From assembly GCA_016926735.1 (NCBI GenBank), contig JAFGOA010000033.1, forward strand, positions 1 to 10,535: a stretch of 10,535 nt of DNA, given 5' to 3'. The position numbers and the translations under genes were made by a program. This DNA is from Promethearchaeota archaeon. Lineage in GTDB: Archaea; Asgardarchaeota; Lokiarchaeia; Sigyniarchaeales; SOKP01. The notes beneath the pieces were generated by a model. It was not told the origin of the DNA and ran no database searches. It worked only from the letters and a program-made list of their open reading frames with translations. This document shows positions 8,059 to 10,535 of this stretch, one piece after another. Within the stretch, counting starts at the first letter, position 1, and the number at the start of each line of letters is the position of its first letter.

Positions 8059-9387
8059 TTAAAATGCTTTTCCCTTCTTTTTTGCTTCTAAGTAATTACT
8101 TAATACTTGGTTCATCATATCATCAGGTCCGACTGTTACAATATTTATACCTAAATTTCGAGCTTGTTGTTTTATTTCAATGATATGTTCCATCATCTCT
8201 TCAGCTATTGCTTCTGCTAAAGCTTTATCTGTTGATGACAGATCTATCTCGTGTATTTCGAACCATGGAGAAAATGGATTGATTACCATAACTGTATGTC
8301 CAAAAGGTATAAGTTTTTTTAGCCCATCTTTAATTTCCTTGACACTTGCTTCCAAATCAGAAATAATAAATATCAGACTCCTTTTTTGATATCTTTTTAT
8401 AAAATAATCCATCGCTTCAAAAATTCTGCACTTACCCTCAGGTTTTACTCTAGCTACAAAATCCAGTATTTGATAGAAATATTCTTCACCACTACCAGGT
8501 TTTAAAAAGTTAAAATTTTTTTTATCAGAAAAAGTAAAAACTCCTACATTATCTCTTCTTGTTAATGAAATTTTAGCTAATAACATACAAGCCCTGATAG
8601 CATATTCAAATTTAGTGTTGTCTATTGCACCTCCAGCCATGGAGTTTGAAGAATCTACTAAAATCATCATGCTAATATCTCTTTCAGTCTCAAATTCTCT
8701 AACTATTAATTTTTGAGTTCTAACACTTGCTTTCCAATCAATTAATCTGAATTGATCTCCAAAAACATATTTTCTCATACCATAAAATTCTGCCCCTAAG
8801 CCTTTTTGTTTTGATCTCTGAATACCATAGTTCAAATTTAATGATCTTTTTGATCCTAAAATCTCAATTCTTTTTATATCTTCATATGGAGGGTAAATTA
8901 ATACTTTAGTTACACTATTTGGTATTATTCTTTCAGCAGAGTTAAATCCAAGGCGATCTTTCACAGTCACAGAAAGGGGTCCAATGGGATATTCTCCTCT
9001 TACTTTTGGTTCTAATACATAAGAAAATTTAATCATTTCTTTTGGACCTATTCGAGTACTTATAAAATTTTCACCTAGAATCAATCTAAAAAGTTCTATA
9101 TTGATGTAATCTCTAATTTCTATAAAATCAAAACTATTTTTTCCAGTGTTTTCTACAATTACTTTTATATGTACAAAATCATCTTTAAAGATCTTTTCTT
9201 TTTCTAATTCTCTATGTACTCTCAGTTCTTCCACATTCATTTGATAATAAAATAATGGGAGACTAATAACAGAGCTAAACAACAGAATTATCCCAAAATA
9301 GATTAAAAAATAATTTACAAATGAAAATCCTGCTCCCAAAAAGAATACACTAAAAAGAACTAGTGTTCTTCCTTTTCCACCTAGCAT
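8059..9387 (-). CDS. DUF58 family protein with N-terminal TM segments, a beta-rich domain and a vWA-like domain (MoxR partner)
   Basis: RGEYPIGP...DRLG, the DUF58 motif GAEFYGMRKYVFGDQFRLIDWKAS, VREFETE, and a MIDAS-like DSSNS. Lies directly downstream of moxR. Confidence 0.9.
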   Translation of the reverse strand: MLGGKGRTLVLFSVFFLGAGFSFVNYFLIYFGIILLFSSVISLPLFYYQMNVEELRVHRELEKEKIFKDDFVHIKVIVENTGKNSFDFIEIRDYINIELFRLILGENFISTRIGPKEMIKFSYVLEPKVRGEYPIGPLSVTVKDRLGFNSAERIIPNSVTKVLIYPPYEDIKRIEILGSKRSLNLNYGIQRSKQKGLGAEFYGMRKYVFGDQFRLIDWKASVRTQKLIVREFETERDISMMILVDSSNSMAGGAIDNTKFEYAIRACMLLAKISLTRRDNVGVFTFSDKKNFNFLKPGSGEEYFYQILDFVARVKPEGKCRIFEAMDYFIKRYQKRSLIFIISDLEASVKEIKDGLKKLIPFGHTVMVINPFSPWFEIHEIDLSSTDKALAEAIAEEMMEHIIEIKQQARNLGINIVTVGPDDMMNQVLSNYLEAKKKGKAF

Positions 9388-9397
9388 TTTTTCTTAT

Positions 9398-9405
9398 CTC
9401 CCACC
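9398..9405 (-). promoter_or_regulatory. Shine-Dalgarno-like GGTGGGAG upstream of the DUF58 start
   Basis: The minus strand reads GGTGGGAG-ATAAGAAAAA-ATG in an otherwise A-rich spacer. Confidence 0.4.
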
Positions 9406-9454
9406 TTTTATTATCATCCTTTTTTTTTTTATTTTTTCCAGATTTTAAAAAAAA

Positions 9455-10468
9455 TTATATAGGAACTGGAATTTCCTCCATTATATGTTTAATTACTGCC
9501 CGAACGTCAAGTCCTTCTAATTCTGCTTCTGGTTTCAATATAATACGATGATTTAGCGCTGGAACTGTTAAAGCTCTTACATCATCAGGAGTTACATATG
9601 ATCTTCCAAGTATTGCTGCTCTCGCTTTTGAACATTTCATTAGTACTAAACTTGCTCTAGGTCCACATCCTAGTCCGATTTGAGGATGATTTCGTGTTTT
9701 TAAAATAATATCTCTTATATATTTTAAAATTCTATCATCTATATACACTTGATTTACTAAATTTTGAGCAGCTAGTAATTCAGGTCCTGTTGTGATTCTT
9801 TGTATCGAAGGATTATCACCAGATAATTGTCTTCTCATTATTTCAACTTCTTCTTCCTTTTCTGGATAATCTAACCATAGTTTAAAAAGAAATCTATCTA
9901 CTTGTGCTTCTGGTAATGGATATGTACCTTCCATTTCAACAGGATTTTCTGTCGCTATAACCATAAATGGTTTTTCTAATTCTAATGTTTGACCTTCAAT
10001 TGTAATTTGTCGTTCTGCCATTGCCTCGAGTAATGCAGCTTGAGTTTTAGGAGCACTTCTATTTATTTCATCTGCGAGTACAATATTAGCAAATAAAGGT
10101 CCTTTTTGAAGAATAAAAGTACCCTCTTCTTGTGAAAAAATTTTCGTCCCAGTTATATCTGCTGGGAGAAGATCTGGTGTAAATTGGACACGTCTGAAAG
10201 ATACTCCTAATGTATTTGCAAAGGTTTTTGCCATAACTGTCTTTCCAAGTCCTGGAACGCCTTTTTACCAATAATTCTATTTGAATTATATTTCTAGTAG
10301 GACGTGTCCATTTACGAGGAGTGAGACAAATAATTGTTGAAGTATTTCACCGCATCCCACTATAACCCTACTAACCTCGGAAAGAACTTCTTGTGCAATT
10401 TCTCTTATAGGTGCTACATCTAAGGTTTCTTGATTTTCAGGATTTATTTTTACCTTAGTTGGTGTCAT
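9455..10468 (-). CDS. moxR: MoxR family AAA+ ATPase in two exons, join(10468..10294, 10263..9455), 327 aa after splicing
   Basis: The track ORFs 10286..10468 and 9455..10234 are in the same frame. Removing 30 nt gives [14 protein letters not shown] (Walker A), followed by [15 protein letters not shown], Walker [37 protein letters not shown] and GPRA. Exon lengths are 175 + 809 = 984 nt. Confidence 0.9.
10264..10293 (-). other. Putative 30-nt bulge-helix-bulge (archaeal tRNA-type) intron in the moxR mRNA
   Basis: Intron sequence AAATATAATTCAAATAGAATTATTGGTAAA. Central 4-bp helix UACU(10299-10296)/GGUA(10269-10266), with bulges AG^A (10295-10293) and AA^A (10265-10263). There is an inner intron hairpin and an outer exon-exon stem. 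Cutting at ^ restores the GAA-GGC codons. Confidence 0.8.
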
Positions 10469-10535
10469 TTTTTTTTTTATACCTTCCTTTTTTTTTTATT
10501 TTTTTTTAATTATTCAATAATGAATAAACATGATA

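Noticed and set aside
9420-9454. Homopolymer tracts between moxR and DUF58 (T8 on the minus strand just after the stop) as a terminator
   Set aside because: Such tracts are ubiquitous in this window and the genes look operonic, so a terminator cannot be supported.
2625-9551. Short antisense ORFs (2625-2810, 3784-4104, 4486-4683, 5922-6194, 6767-7012, 7355-7657, 7998-8183, 8180-8389, 9363-9551)
   Set aside because: They are shadow frames opposite well-supported genes, with no motifs.
10086-10271. 61-aa minus-strand ORF overlapping moxR
   Set aside because: It is an alternative frame over conserved moxR coding sequence and has no recognisable motif.
10262-10293. moxR break explained as a frameshift, sequencing error or stop-codon readthrough
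   Set aside because: Both parts are in the same frame. Readthrough would need three stops suppressed and would insert 10 residues at the P-loop. A structured 30-nt insert is unlike a homopolymer error.
10262-10293. Insert explained as a tandem duplication or transposon footprint
   Set aside because: It does not duplicate flanking sequence, and the only terminal redundancy is AA. This cannot be fully excluded without genome-wide data.
1-10535. CRISPR arrays, tRNA or rRNA genes
   Set aside because: No regularly spaced repeats or GC-rich structural RNA segments were seen, and nearly all of the sequence is coding.

Overview
Very AT-rich archaeal DNA; the gene content and style suggest an Asgard/Lokiarchaeia-like genome (inference). 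From left to right: the decayed 3' end of an IS200/IS605-type tnpB with structured RNA hairpins; a GT4 glycosyltransferase (-); a divergent + strand cofactor operon (lipS2, lipoate ligase, lipS1, cofE fused to a nitroreductase domain as in FbiB, cofD); and a convergent - strand operon (moxR AAA+ ATPase, DUF58/vWA protein, unknown membrane protein). The main result is that moxR is interrupted at its Walker A motif by a 30-nt AT-rich insert carrying three in-frame stops. The insert and its flanks fold into a bulge-helix-bulge (BHB) motif. Cutting at the canonical archaeal splicing-endonuclease positions removes exactly 10293..10264 and restores [14 protein letters not shown] in a 327-aa MoxR. 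This is a candidate tRNA-type intron in a protein-coding mRNA.
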